In this document: positions 9,388-18,026 of the stretch, in pieces
Position numbering within the stretch: position 1 is the first letter of the stretch
Layout of the letters: every line of letters begins with the position of its first letter
Assembly: GCA_036273415.1 (NCBI GenBank)
Contig: DASUHR010000001.1
Span: forward strand, 167,496-231,495
Source: Silvibacterium sp.
Lineage (GTDB): Bacteria > Acidobacteriota > Terriglobia > Terriglobales > Acidobacteriaceae
Direction: 5' to 3'
Length of the DNA: 64,000 nucleotides
Translations under genes and position numbers: made by a program
Notes under the pieces: model-generated
Databases searched by the model: none
Told to the model about the DNA's origin: nothing
The model's input: the letters and a program-made list of their open reading frames with translations, nothing else

Positions 9388-10365
9388 ATGACGCCTGCCT
9401 TGCAGCTTGAGATTCTCGATCTTCGGCATTTCTCGGCAGCCAGCCTGCGTCCGCTGCTTGAGGCCGAGGCGCGCGTTTGGGGCGAGCGGCTGGAATGGGA
9501 CTACCGGCCCTCCGCCAATCTTCTGCTGCAATATCTTGATTCGCGCGTTCTCCCCGGGTACGTTGCCGTTGAAAATGGACGCATCTCTGGTTATGTCTTC
9601 TGCGTCTATGAAGACCACAAAGCTGTCATCGGCGATGCCTTCGCCGCTCCGTCGCAGCACTCTGAAACAACTACTTCGGAGATTGAATCGAAGCTGATTG
9701 AAAATCTCATTGAGCTGCTGCAAAACTCTCCCGGCATTAACCGCATCGAATCGCAGCTTCTGCTTCATCCGCACGGGGAACTCACCGCCCCCTTTCAGGA
9801 AGCAGGCTTCGGCATTCATCGGCGGCTCTTCATGAGGCGCGATCTTATGTCGAATGTTCCCGCACTGGCGCCCGTGTTGGCGCCCGAATTCGATCTGCGC
9901 CCCTGGCGCGAAGATGACTTCAACTCTGCCGCTCGCCTCATCTCCGCGGCCTATTCCGGGCACCTCGACAGCTACATCAACGACCAGTACCGCTCTCCGG
10001 CCGGGTCACTCCGCTTTCTCCATAATATTGTCCGTTTCCCCGGATGTGGTCACTTCGACGCCGCCGCCTCGCGCGTGCTGATCCGGCGGGAAACCGCACA
10101 GTTCGCAGGAGCCCTGCTTTGCTCGCGCGTGCGCACAGACGTGGCCCACATCACTCAGCTATGCGTCGCAAGGGAAGAACGGGGCCGCGGACTCGGCCGG
10201 CTCCTGGTAGAAAACTGCGCGGCAAATTTAAAGGCGCAGGGCTTCCGCGCTCTCACTCTTACTGTAACCGCGGGAAATGAGAACGCCATCTCCGTGTATC
10301 ACCGTGCGGATTTTCAGACGACGCACGACTTCGACGCCATGTTGTGGGAGAAGAAACCCAACTGA
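9388..10365 (+). CDS. GNAT family N-acetyltransferase
   Basis: The C-terminal half contains the acetyl-CoA motif REERGRGLGRLLVE...LTVTAGNENAISVYHRADF. Confidence 0.7.
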   Translation: MTPALQLEILDLRHFSAASLRPLLEAEARVWGERLEWDYRPSANLLLQYLDSRVLPGYVAVENGRISGYVFCVYEDHKAVIGDAFAAPSQHSETTTSEIESKLIENLIELLQNSPGINRIESQLLLHPHGELTAPFQEAGFGIHRRLFMRRDLMSNVPALAPVLAPEFDLRPWREDDFNSAARLISAAYSGHLDSYINDQYRSPAGSLRFLHNIVRFPGCGHFDAAASRVLIRRETAQFAGALLCSRVRTDVAHITQLCVAREERGRGLGRLLVENCAANLKAQGFRALTLTVTAGNENAISVYHRADFQTTHDFDAMLWEKKPN

Positions 10366-10420
10366 AGCGGTCTCCGACAAGGTGGTCAGCGAAACCTGCT
10401 GGCTAAGACCTAACCGGATT

Positions 10421-10495
10421 TTAGCTAACCGTTTTTCAGCTAACCGCTTTTCAGCTAACCGCCCTTTAGCTCACCGCTCTTCCGCTCGCCACTAT
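10421..10495. repeat. 15-bp tandem repeat, 4-5 units, degenerating towards the 3' end
   Basis: The units are ttagctaaccgtttt / tcagctaaccgcttt / tcagctaaccgccct / ttagctcaccgctct / tccgctcgccactat. The core TTAGCTAA is self-complementary. The array lies between convergent genes. Confidence 0.8.
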
Positions 10496-10671
10496 CTCTT
10501 GATCAACCACATCACCCAGCTCGCCGCAATCACTACCCCGGCGAACATCACCCAGCAGTACGCCCCGTACCGGACCATCGCCTTCGGAGTAGATCGCTGG
10601 GTGATCCCGAACACCACTGAGGCGAAGGTTGCGAACAGAAGGACCGCTGCGAAGTGAGAGGGCGCGAACAT
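10492..10671 (-). CDS. Small membrane protein, 59 aa (below the ORF-track length cutoff)
   Basis: My own translation is MFAPSHFAAVLLFATFASVVFGITQRSTPKAMVRYGAYCWVMFAGVVIAASWVMWLIKR, with two hydrophobic segments. Its ATG overlaps the TGA of the upstream gene (TGATG). Third codon positions are GC-rich like the neighbours. Confidence 0.45.
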   Translation of the reverse strand: MFAPSHFAAVLLFATFASVVFGITQRSTPKAMVRYGAYCWVMFAGVVIAASWVMWLIKR

Positions 10672-11081
10672 CAGACCTTCCTGCCGATCCGCAGATTGTG
10701 TGCATCCACTGCGGAGATAAAGTTGAGCAGCCCCGCCACTACGATGAACTTCGTTCCGTAATCGGCGGTGGCAAGCTGCACCGCTCCATGGCCCAGATCG
10801 AAAATCCGGCCTAACGCGTAGAACAGCCCGTTGCCCAGATCACCGGCGAAGCCCAGCATGTCCAGCACGTTGCCCGTATTCGGAACATACAGCATGCCTT
10901 GCATGGCGATGCCGAGCCAGAACATGGCCCCGATAGAAACAAAGAGCAGCAGCGCCCGAACCCAGCGCCCGATAATCAAGTGGCCCGCGCCCGGAATCAG
11001 CCAGCCAACAACTAGAGCGGAATACGTGAACCCCGGCGAAGAAGCCTGCGTCTTCGCGGGTACTTGAACTCTTGAGGCCAT
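10671..11081 (-). CDS. Integral membrane protein, function unknown
   Basis: There are 3-4 hydrophobic segments (GWLIPGAGHLIIGRW...). ATG 11081, preceded by AAGAGAG, was chosen over the longer ORF start at 11138. Confidence 0.6.
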   Translation of the reverse strand: MASRVQVPAKTQASSPGFTYSALVVGWLIPGAGHLIIGRWVRALLLFVSIGAMFWLGIAMQGMLYVPNTGNVLDMLGFAGDLGNGLFYALGRIFDLGHGAVQLATADYGTKFIVVAGLLNFISAVDAHNLRIGRKV

Positions 11082-11172
11082 CTCTCTTGATGATATCAGC
11101 GGATTGAGCAGTCCAGGTTGCGAAGCGCGGCGGCCCAAGCAGCCTGCCCTGAGTAAAGCCGACGGGGCCAGC

Positions 11173-12342
11173 CTAGATCCGAACCAGTTCCTGCTGCACG
11201 CGTCCCGTAGTCGCGGCGCGGCCCGCCATCGCCATCACATTCACCTCGCTGCGAATGCCGAACGCGTCGAGATAGATCCCCGGCTCGACAGAAAAGCACG
11301 TGTTCGGCAGAATCAGCCGCTCGTCATGTGTCTCCAGATTGTCCAGGTTCGCGCCGTTCCCATGCAGAATGTTTCCGATATTGTGCCCTGTGCGATGGGT
11401 AAAATACTTGCCGAATCCGGCCCGCGCGATCACCGCCCGCGCCGCATCATCCGCCTCCCAGCCTGCTATGCGCTGACCGTTGCTGAAGGCATCGCTGACC
11501 GCCCTCACCGCTGCATCGCGCGCTGCTTTCACTGTCTCGAACACGCGCTGCTCCCGCTCCGAGGGCTCGCGCCCCACCACGCCCGTCCAGGTAATGTCGT
11601 AGTAGCAAGTCGCGGGACGGTTCTTCCGCGCCCAAATATCGATCAGCACAAAATCGCCCTGGCGAATCTCCTTCGCGCTGCCCGCCTCCGGCTCGTAGTG
11701 CGAGTCGGCGCTGTTTTCGTTCACCGAAACATTCGGCCCGTTTTCCCACACCAGGTCCGCCCGCCGCATCGCCTCCTGGAACCACTGCACCATGTCATAC
11801 TCGGTCACGCGACTGGTCCCCACCCGCCGCCCGATCTCGCGAAAACCCCCCGCCAGAATCTCATCGAGCGCCTGCTGCGCCTCATAATGGCTGGCGATCT
11901 GCTCGTCCGTCAGTACCGCCTCAAACCGGCTCACCAGATCGGCGGAGCTGACAATCGTCTTCTTCAGCCCGCGCAGCACATCCATCGTGCCCGCGTCCAC
12001 GAGCGACACGTACATGATGGCATTGCGCGGCGAGTACTGCATCGCAATTCGCCGGTAGGGAGCCACCAGCGCCGCCAGACCCGACTCAAGCTCCTGCCAT
12101 GACGAGTACATGCCCTTCGATCCGGGAATCGAATCTAGCCGCCCGGCCTCGATGCGATGCACCAGCTTGCGCGGCTCGCCCTGCGCCGGAATCAGGTAGT
12201 ACCAGCGCCGCGTTACATGCGCATTCTCCGGGAGACCCAGGATACGGCTCCCGATGGGATCGCGGTGATGATGATCGTAAAAAAGCCACGCGCCGATGCC
12301 CTGCTCGCGCAGCGCCGACTGAATTGCATCCAGTTGCATCAA
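11173..12342 (-). CDS. M24 family metallopeptidase (Xaa-Pro aminopeptidase-like)
   Basis: The C-terminal pita-bread fold motifs are present: DFVLIDIWA, TGHNIG and EPGIY. Confidence 0.8.
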   Translation of the reverse strand: MMQLDAIQSALREQGIGAWLFYDHHHRDPIGSRILGLPENAHVTRRWYYLIPAQGEPRKLVHRIEAGRLDSIPGSKGMYSSWQELESGLAALVAPYRRIAMQYSPRNAIMYVSLVDAGTMDVLRGLKKTIVSSADLVSRFEAVLTDEQIASHYEAQQALDEILAGGFREIGRRVGTSRVTEYDMVQWFQEAMRRADLVWENGPNVSVNENSADSHYEPEAGSAKEIRQGDFVLIDIWARKNRPATCYYDITWTGVVGREPSEREQRVFETVKAARDAAVRAVSDAFSNGQRIAGWEADDAARAVIARAGFGKYFTHRTGHNIGNILHGNGANLDNLETHDERLILPNTCFSVEPGIYLDAFGIRSEVNVMAMAGRAATTGRVQQELVRI

Positions 12343-12370
12343 ATGACTCCCGATGCCGAAGTCCAGCCAC

Positions 12371-13018
12371 CTACTTCTTCCGGTGGCTCGTCTCGGCGAC
12401 TGCCTGGTCCAGCATCGTGTACAGATTGTTGAAGTCCGTCACTTCGGTGAAGCGCGCAGCCCCGCCGTCACCGTCTGTAACCACCCACGCTGTAGGCGTC
12501 TGATGCACGCCCAGCCGCGTGGCGAGAGAAGCGTCGGCCTGCACCGTCGCCGCCAGCTTGCCCTGCGGATCCATCACAAACGGCAATGCCGTTCCGTGCT
12601 GCTGCGCGAATTTTTCCGTAAACTGCCGCAGGTCGTCCTTGGTCTCAATGCTGGTTTGGTTTGCGAAAACCGCGTCGCGGTATTCATTGCCCAGATGCTG
12701 CGGCTGCTCATCGAACCAGCGCGCGTTCACCGCCGCCTGAAAGCTCCACACATGCATAGGCAGCGGAAAATCATGTCGCAGCCACGGAACATGGTACTTC
12801 GCCGCCGCCTGCTTCAGCACCGGGTTTTCCCGCGCGCACATTGGACACTCCAGATCGGCGAACTCAAAAATCGCGACACGCGCCCCCGCCGGAGGCTTCA
12901 GCACGGCAGCCTTTTGCTGAGCCTGTGCCATGCACACGCCCAGCGAGAGAGAGAAAACGACGAACAATACAGCAGTTTTTCGGTTCATAATGTCTGGTCT
13001 CATCTTATCGTGCTTCAT
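12371..13018 (-). CDS. DsbA-family thiol:disulfide oxidoreductase, secreted
   Basis: A signal peptide (MNRKTAVLFVVFSLSLGVCMAQA) is followed by the thioredoxin-fold active site CPMC. An alternative start exists at 12988. Confidence 0.8.
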   Translation of the reverse strand: MKHDKMRPDIMNRKTAVLFVVFSLSLGVCMAQAQQKAAVLKPPAGARVAIFEFADLECPMCARENPVLKQAAAKYHVPWLRHDFPLPMHVWSFQAAVNARWFDEQPQHLGNEYRDAVFANQTSIETKDDLRQFTEKFAQQHGTALPFVMDPQGKLAATVQADASLATRLGVHQTPTAWVVTDGDGGAARFTEVTDFNNLYTMLDQAVAETSHRKK

Positions 13019-13136
13019 CCTTTTTCCGCACCGGCTCGCGTTACCCCCAAACGGCTATTCCTGCAAGCCTTACACTACTCAATGGACGCCGAACGGTCGA
13101 CCTCGTCACCCGAAATGTCCGGAGGAAAGAAAACCC

Positions 13137-13562
13137 ATGCGCTACGTCATTGCCTCACTTGCCCTCGCCGGCGTCATCGTCTCGGCTCTCGCATTCCAGG
13201 TCCACTATTCGAATGCAGTCCAGCCCTGCGACATCAACGCCCACTGGGACTGCGGCATCGTCAACCACAGCCGCTACTCCATGCTCGGCTTCATGCCCGT
13301 CGCCGCCATCGGAATTGTCGGATACCTCGCCCTTGGCATATTCGCGCTCAAAGGCCGGCGCAGCATCACCCTGCTCGCGTCCTTCATCGGACTCGCCTAC
13401 TCGCTATACCTCACCAGCATTGAGGCTCACAGGCTCGAGGTCTGGTGTCTTTACTGCGTATGCTCGCAGATCATCATTGCCGTCATCACGCTTCTCGCCG
13501 CCTTCTGGGCATTCCTCGGCAAGCCCCACCCTGTAGACACAAAAAAGGCGCCACAGCCATAG
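13137..13562 (+). CDS. Vitamin K epoxide reductase (VKOR) family membrane protein
   Basis: It has 4 hydrophobic segments, loop cysteines (QPCDINAHWDCG) and a CLYC motif in a TM segment. ATG 13137 is preceded by GGAGGAAAG. Confidence 0.8.
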   Translation: MRYVIASLALAGVIVSALAFQVHYSNAVQPCDINAHWDCGIVNHSRYSMLGFMPVAAIGIVGYLALGIFALKGRRSITLLASFIGLAYSLYLTSIEAHRLEVWCLYCVCSQIIIAVITLLAAFWAFLGKPHPVDTKKAPQP

Positions 13563-13574
13563 CCGCGGCGCCTT
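13541..13574 (-). terminator. Candidate rho-independent terminator for the aldolase gene
   Basis: On the minus strand the stem is AAGGCGCC...GGCGCCTT with a 14-nt loop, followed by TTTTTT. It overlaps the 3' end of the VKOR CDS. Confidence 0.45.
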
Positions 13575-13590
13575 CGCTTCAACCAACCCG

Positions 13591-14604
13591 CTAAGCCAGT
13601 ACCGGCTCGCGTGCATCCACCTTGCTGTGCCACGAATGGGCTGCCTTCAGCGCGCGGTTCACGTTGTTGATGTTCTCCACGCCCTTGGTGTTCAGCCATT
13701 CTTCAAACGCCTTCGCACCCTGCTTCGCATACACGGCAATGCCGTCCTTCCAGGTCGCCCGCCCGCACAGCACTCCGTTAAAGCTGGTTCCGCTCTCCGC
13801 CGCCAGCTCCAGCGTCTCAATAAACACTGGATTGCTCACCCCCGCCGACAGATAGATAAACGGCTTGTGTGTTGAAGACGCCGCCACGCGAAAATGCTCC
13901 AGCGCCTCGGTGCGCGTATACGCCTGCTGACCCTTGTAGGCCTTGGTACCCTGCACAAACTCCATCTGCACGGGTGCCTCCACCTTCAGCACGTCAACCG
14001 CGTAGCGCTCCTTGCCGAACTCCTCCATCGATCCGGTCACGATCGCCGGCTTCCGCTTCGCATAGTTCAGGCCCTTCTCGTCCTCGCCATGCACGTCGTA
14101 GCCCACAAACTCCAGGAAGAATGGAATATCGTTCGCGCGGCACTCGTCGCCAATGCGCTCAACCCACGCGTGCTTCAGGTCGTTGATGCCCGACTTCTCA
14201 AACGGCGTGTAGTACAGCAGAATCTTGATGCAGTCCGCGCCCGCTTCCTTCAACCGCCGCACCGACCACAGATCCAGCAGGTCCGGCAGCCGCCCCGGAG
14301 TCGACGAGTCATATCCGGTCTTCTCATACGCCAGCAGCAGACCCTTGCCGTTGCGCCGCTTCGATGCCGGCAGCCCGTACTCGGGATCGAGCAGAATCGC
14401 CGACGCATGCTTCGTCAGCACCTCCGTCACCAGCTCCTTGAACTCGACCAGCGCCGAATCCGGAAGCTCCGCCACGCCCTTCTCTTTCGCCAGCGACTTC
14501 TTCAGCGACCCGCGCTGATCCATAGCCGCCGCCGCAATCACGCCGCGTCCATCGGACACGGCCTTCAACCCGGCCAGCTTGCCGGGAGTAAGCTTCGTAG
14601 ACAT
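13591..14604 (-). CDS. lacD: Tagatose-1,6-bisphosphate aldolase, class I (LacD family)
   Basis: Similarity to LacD, recalled from memory, runs the full length: AAMDQRGSLKK, ILLDPEYGLPAS, LLLAYEKTGYD, DVLKVE.P, YLSAGVS, FNGVLCGRATW. Confidence 0.8.
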   Translation of the reverse strand: MSTKLTPGKLAGLKAVSDGRGVIAAAAMDQRGSLKKSLAKEKGVAELPDSALVEFKELVTEVLTKHASAILLDPEYGLPASKRRNGKGLLLAYEKTGYDSSTPGRLPDLLDLWSVRRLKEAGADCIKILLYYTPFEKSGINDLKHAWVERIGDECRANDIPFFLEFVGYDVHGEDEKGLNYAKRKPAIVTGSMEEFGKERYAVDVLKVEAPVQMEFVQGTKAYKGQQAYTRTEALEHFRVAASSTHKPFIYLSAGVSNPVFIETLELAAESGTSFNGVLCGRATWKDGIAVYAKQGAKAFEEWLNTKGVENINNVNRALKAAHSWHSKVDAREPVLA

Positions 14605-14776
14605 CGTTGATCTCCTGCTTCTTGCCTGCTAACCAGGCGGGGATGGGAAGAAAACTGCGTTCAACACAATTCTAAATGACTGAACGCTGGGTGCCCCATC
14701 TTCGCGCTGCCTTTGCGCGAAGAGCCTGCCCCGAGCTTGTCGAAGAGCTAAGAAGACCGCCAACACCGCCAAACCC

Positions 14777-17335
14777 TCAGGGCGCGGTTACATTGATCCC
14801 GGCAATGAACTGCGAGTTCGCTTCGACGTAGAGGACAGCGCCTACGCGGGTTGCGCCGTTGTAGCTGACGGTAACAGTACATGAAGCTCCGGCCGCCAGC
14901 GTGCCGCAGGTGTTGGAAGAGATAGTGAATCCGGGCGTGCTACGGGTCCCATTCTGGAAGTCGGCAGTGATCGCCTGCGATATCGTCAAGGTGTTTTTGA
15001 TGGTCACCTTTTGCGATCCTGCATTGGTAAAGTTGAGAGCGCCGGGGCTGACGCTGGGCACTGGAACGTTATAGAGTCGCGAAACGCCATAAGGGCTAGT
15101 GAAGACGATGTCCGGCCAGCCGTCCTTGTTGAAGTCGGCGACCGTGGAGTACGGCGTGCTGACGGCGGCGGTGAATGGAGTGCTGAGTTCGCTGAAGCTG
15201 GGGCCGGTGGAAACGTAGAACTTATTTCCGACAGAGAAGCCTATATCTTCATTGCCGTCCTTGTTGAAGTCGGCGATCACAGCGCCATTGGCTCGCGGTC
15301 CTTCACCAGGCTGCAAATAGGGGCCTCCCACAGGACCCGACGAGAAGTTTCCTTTGCCGTCATTGAAAAGCACGAAGAAGCCAGCGTTATTCAGGTTGCC
15401 GTTGCTTGTTGTGCCGTCGCCCGTGAAGACGAGGTCATTGATAGTTCCGCCTTTCAGGTGGCCGGCGGTGATTCCGGTGATGAATTCGAACACATCATTG
15501 CTAAGACCGATCAGGACGTCGGAGAAATTTCCTTTGCCGTCGTTAATCAGCAGGTTTGCCTGCTGATTGTCAGTCGACGGGGGCCATGCAATGGCGATAT
15601 CGGGATGGCCGTCTCCGTTGAAGTCAGCTACGGTGAGGTAGGTTGCTGATGTATAGCCGATCCCGTCTGGAAATGGCGTGAGATTTCCGAATGACCCTTT
15701 TCCATCACCCAGCGCGACTCCGCCGTCTTCAATGAGGTCGAGCTTGCCGTCCCCATTTACGTCAGCGAGAAACGCGTCATTACTGAGTGATCCCAGTTTG
15801 AGATTACGGGCTGAACTAAAGCCGCCGGTCGCGGTGCCGAGCAGAATGCCGACGTCGGCGTCGTCGCCCGCAGTGGCATTGGTGACGACCAGGTCTAGAA
15901 TGCCGTCTCCATTCAGGTCGCCGGCAGCAATGGCGGACCCGTGCATGCCGATGGTGTAGCTCGGTCCGCCGTTGAAGTAGACTCCCTCACCGGGCAACAC
16001 GGTCACGTTTCCGTTGCACGGAGCCGCGCAAGTGGGCGTGTTGACGACTGCCACATCCAGCTTGCCATCACGGTTAAAGTCGCCAGCGACGATGCCATTG
16101 GCGTTGGGCGAATGCGTATTGGGGGCGCCGCGGAACCCTCGATGGCCGAGGTTATAGAGAACGCTGGTCCTGTAAAACGAGGAGGTTATCAGGTCGGGCT
16201 TGCCGTCTCCGTTGACGTCCGCTGCGATCAACGCGCCCCCATCGCTCGCATAGGAGGAGACGGTAAGGAAGGTTCCATTACCTGCTCCCCAAAACAAATC
16301 GACTCCGTTGTTTGCTGAGACGGCGAGATCGAGATTACCGTCCTTATCGAAGTCGACTGGGGCGATGCTCGAGCCCGCACCGAGAGAAGCAATCGGAGTT
16401 TGAAATGAGGTGAACTTCGAGCCGGTGAACTTCCCCGTGCTGCTTCCAAAAAGGATATTGAAGCCGGTTGGCGTCGAAACGGCGATGTCTCCGTAGCCAT
16501 CCTTATTGAAATCCCCCCACGCGGCGGTGATCGGGCTGTCTCCGGCAGAACGCGCTGAGCCTTTGGTGAATTTGCCGTTGCCCTGCGAGATGTAGGGAAC
16601 CGCGGTCCCGGTGACTCCGGTGTAGACCACCGTCACATCGGTTCGGCCGTCGTTGTTGATATCCCCCGCGACGAGGATCGGGTGGTTGTAGCCGCTCGGG
16701 GTCGAGTTCAGAGCATAGGTGGCGGACTGCGTGAGCTTACCGGTTCCATCGTTAAGAAAGATGGTGAGGTTGTTTGGGCCGCCGCCGTTGTTAATCGTAG
16801 CACTGACGAGCACCGCCACATCAATGAGGCCGTTGTGCTCGAAATCGCCCGTCACCGCAGACACAACGAGGCCGCTGGGTACGCTGTAGCTAACGGGATC
16901 CTGGAATGTCCCGTCTCCATTGCTGAGCTGCGTTCTAAACCCATTGTCAGCAAGGTGGTCCACTTCTATCAAATCGGAGTACCCATCGTTGTTAAGGTCG
17001 GCAGTTTGGACCGGGACAGCGTCGAAGTCAACCGAGTGGTCCGGGACGGGGATGTAGAGTCCGTCGCCCGCATTGAGCAACGCGGCGGTAAAGGGGCCGT
17101 TGTTGAACGGATCATTCGAGAAGCAGGAGGTTACAAGATCGGCGTCTGAAGTCTTTTGAAACCTTCCGGCAAGGATGACGTTGCTGCAATTGCTCCCCAG
17201 TGGAATGGGCTGGCTGGATGTGAAGTTGACAGCGCTGTTTTGCGCCTGGGAGGTGAAGCTCGGACCGAGAACCAGGGCGATCACAAGGGCACCCCGAGCG
17301 CAGAGCGCACGCGTGCATGGCAGAGTTGTAAGCAT
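14777..17335 (-). CDS. Secreted FG-GAP/VCBS repeat protein (852 aa)
   Basis: A signal peptide is followed by more than 12 copies of D(F/L)N(G/K/R/N)DG-type motifs (DFNGDGHPD, DFNKDGYGD, DVNGDGKPD and others). It ends in a beta-rich C-terminal domain. Confidence 0.85.
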   Translation of the reverse strand: MLTTLPCTRALCARGALVIALVLGPSFTSQAQNSAVNFTSSQPIPLGSNCSNVILAGRFQKTSDADLVTSCFSNDPFNNGPFTAALLNAGDGLYIPVPDHSVDFDAVPVQTADLNNDGYSDLIEVDHLADNGFRTQLSNGDGTFQDPVSYSVPSGLVVSAVTGDFEHNGLIDVAVLVSATINNGGGPNNLTIFLNDGTGKLTQSATYALNSTPSGYNHPILVAGDINNDGRTDVTVVYTGVTGTAVPYISQGNGKFTKGSARSAGDSPITAAWGDFNKDGYGDIAVSTPTGFNILFGSSTGKFTGSKFTSFQTPIASLGAGSSIAPVDFDKDGNLDLAVSANNGVDLFWGAGNGTFLTVSSYASDGGALIAADVNGDGKPDLITSSFYRTSVLYNLGHRGFRGAPNTHSPNANGIVAGDFNRDGKLDVAVVNTPTCAAPCNGNVTVLPGEGVYFNGGPSYTIGMHGSAIAAGDLNGDGILDLVVTNATAGDDADVGILLGTATGGFSSARNLKLGSLSNDAFLADVNGDGKLDLIEDGGVALGDGKGSFGNLTPFPDGIGYTSATYLTVADFNGDGHPDIAIAWPPSTDNQQANLLINDGKGNFSDVLIGLSNDVFEFITGITAGHLKGGTINDLVFTGDGTTSNGNLNNAGFFVLFNDGKGNFSSGPVGGPYLQPGEGPRANGAVIADFNKDGNEDIGFSVGNKFYVSTGPSFSELSTPFTAAVSTPYSTVADFNKDGWPDIVFTSPYGVSRLYNVPVPSVSPGALNFTNAGSQKVTIKNTLTISQAITADFQNGTRSTPGFTISSNTCGTLAAGASCTVTVSYNGATRVGAVLYVEANSQFIAGINVTAP

Positions 17336-17623
17336 GGTTTTCTCCCTCAGGCGAGTGGGAGGTCAATGAGCGGCCAGTTCCACTTTATGCGTGGCAGAAC
17401 GCGGGACCTGTCTAGGCGCGATGGGATGCCGGCCGGCGAGTTTCTGTTGTATTCGCATACGTGATTTTACGATGATGCAGTAACGGTTTACAGCGGAGCC
17501 AATGCGGCTCCCTCAGCCGCCCGCGAACAATCCGCAAGGGCACGCGGCAATTCACGAAATTTCAGCCGTACTGCAACCTACTTACCCCATGCACCTCCTA
17601 CTCTGGCTCAACTAGGAGGCTCC

Positions 17624-17737
17624 ATGAAAAAAATTCTCTCCGCCCTACTCTCCCTGTGTGTCGCGCTCCTCTGCGTAGTAAGCTTTTCGCAGAATTACTT
17701 GAAAGGCGCAGCTACTCGCTGCGCCTCTTTGTTTTAG
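17624..17737 (+). CDS. Candidate small secreted peptide, 37 aa (not in the ORF track)
   Basis: AGGAGG lies 4 nt upstream of the ATG. The translation is MKKILSALLSLCVALLCVVSFSQNYLKGAATRCASLF, a signal-peptide-like N-terminus. The terminator hairpin overlaps the 3' end. Confidence 0.3.
   Translation: MKKILSALLSLCVALLCVVSFSQNYLKGAATRCASLF
17705..17735 (+). terminator. Rho-independent terminator
   Basis: The stem is GGCGCAGC-tactc-GCTGCGCC, followed by TCTTTGTTTT. Confidence 0.55.
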
Positions 17738-17769
17738 CTCTCAAATTCAAAAGCCGATACCTGCCGCCA

Positions 17770-18003
17770 TCAAGCAGCCACTTCCCTGGCTGATCTGCGC
17801 TGATCGTCTTCGTGGATGAAGCTTTGGAAGCGGGTTCCGAGCGTCACATTGCCGTTGCTGTCAAATACAAAATCGTATGACTCGTGACATTTGCCGCACA
17901 GCCAATAATGTTCAATCTCGGGATCGATCACCCGGACGACACGGCCTTCCCTCAGGTAACGCATCTCCTTGCCGCAAGCGGGATTGAAGCAGCGGTCGAT
18001 CAT
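17770..18003 (-). CDS. Small Cys4 zinc-ribbon-like protein, 77 aa, function unknown
   Basis: CFNPAC (C-x4-C) near the N-terminus pairs with CGKC (CxxC) about 30 residues later. It is divergent from PadR. Confidence 0.55.
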   Translation of the reverse strand: MIDRCFNPACGKEMRYLREGRVVRVIDPEIEHYWLCGKCHESYDFVFDSNGNVTLGTRFQSFIHEDDQRRSAREVAA

Positions 18004-18026
18004 ATCTATTTAGATGCTGGCTCGAT

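Noticed and set aside
11104-14610. Long plus-strand ORFs (11104-12102, 12353-13423, 13894-14610).
   Set aside because: They are antisense to the M24 peptidase, dsbA-like and lacD genes. Their composition is Arg/Pro/His-rich and they carry no recognisable domains. The opposite-strand genes have clear family motifs.
14690-14760. The hairpin CTTCGCGC-tgccttt-GCGCGAAG after the FG-GAP gene as a terminator or REP element.
   Set aside because: No T-tract follows on the coding (minus) strand, and I cannot assess its genome-wide copy number from one window.
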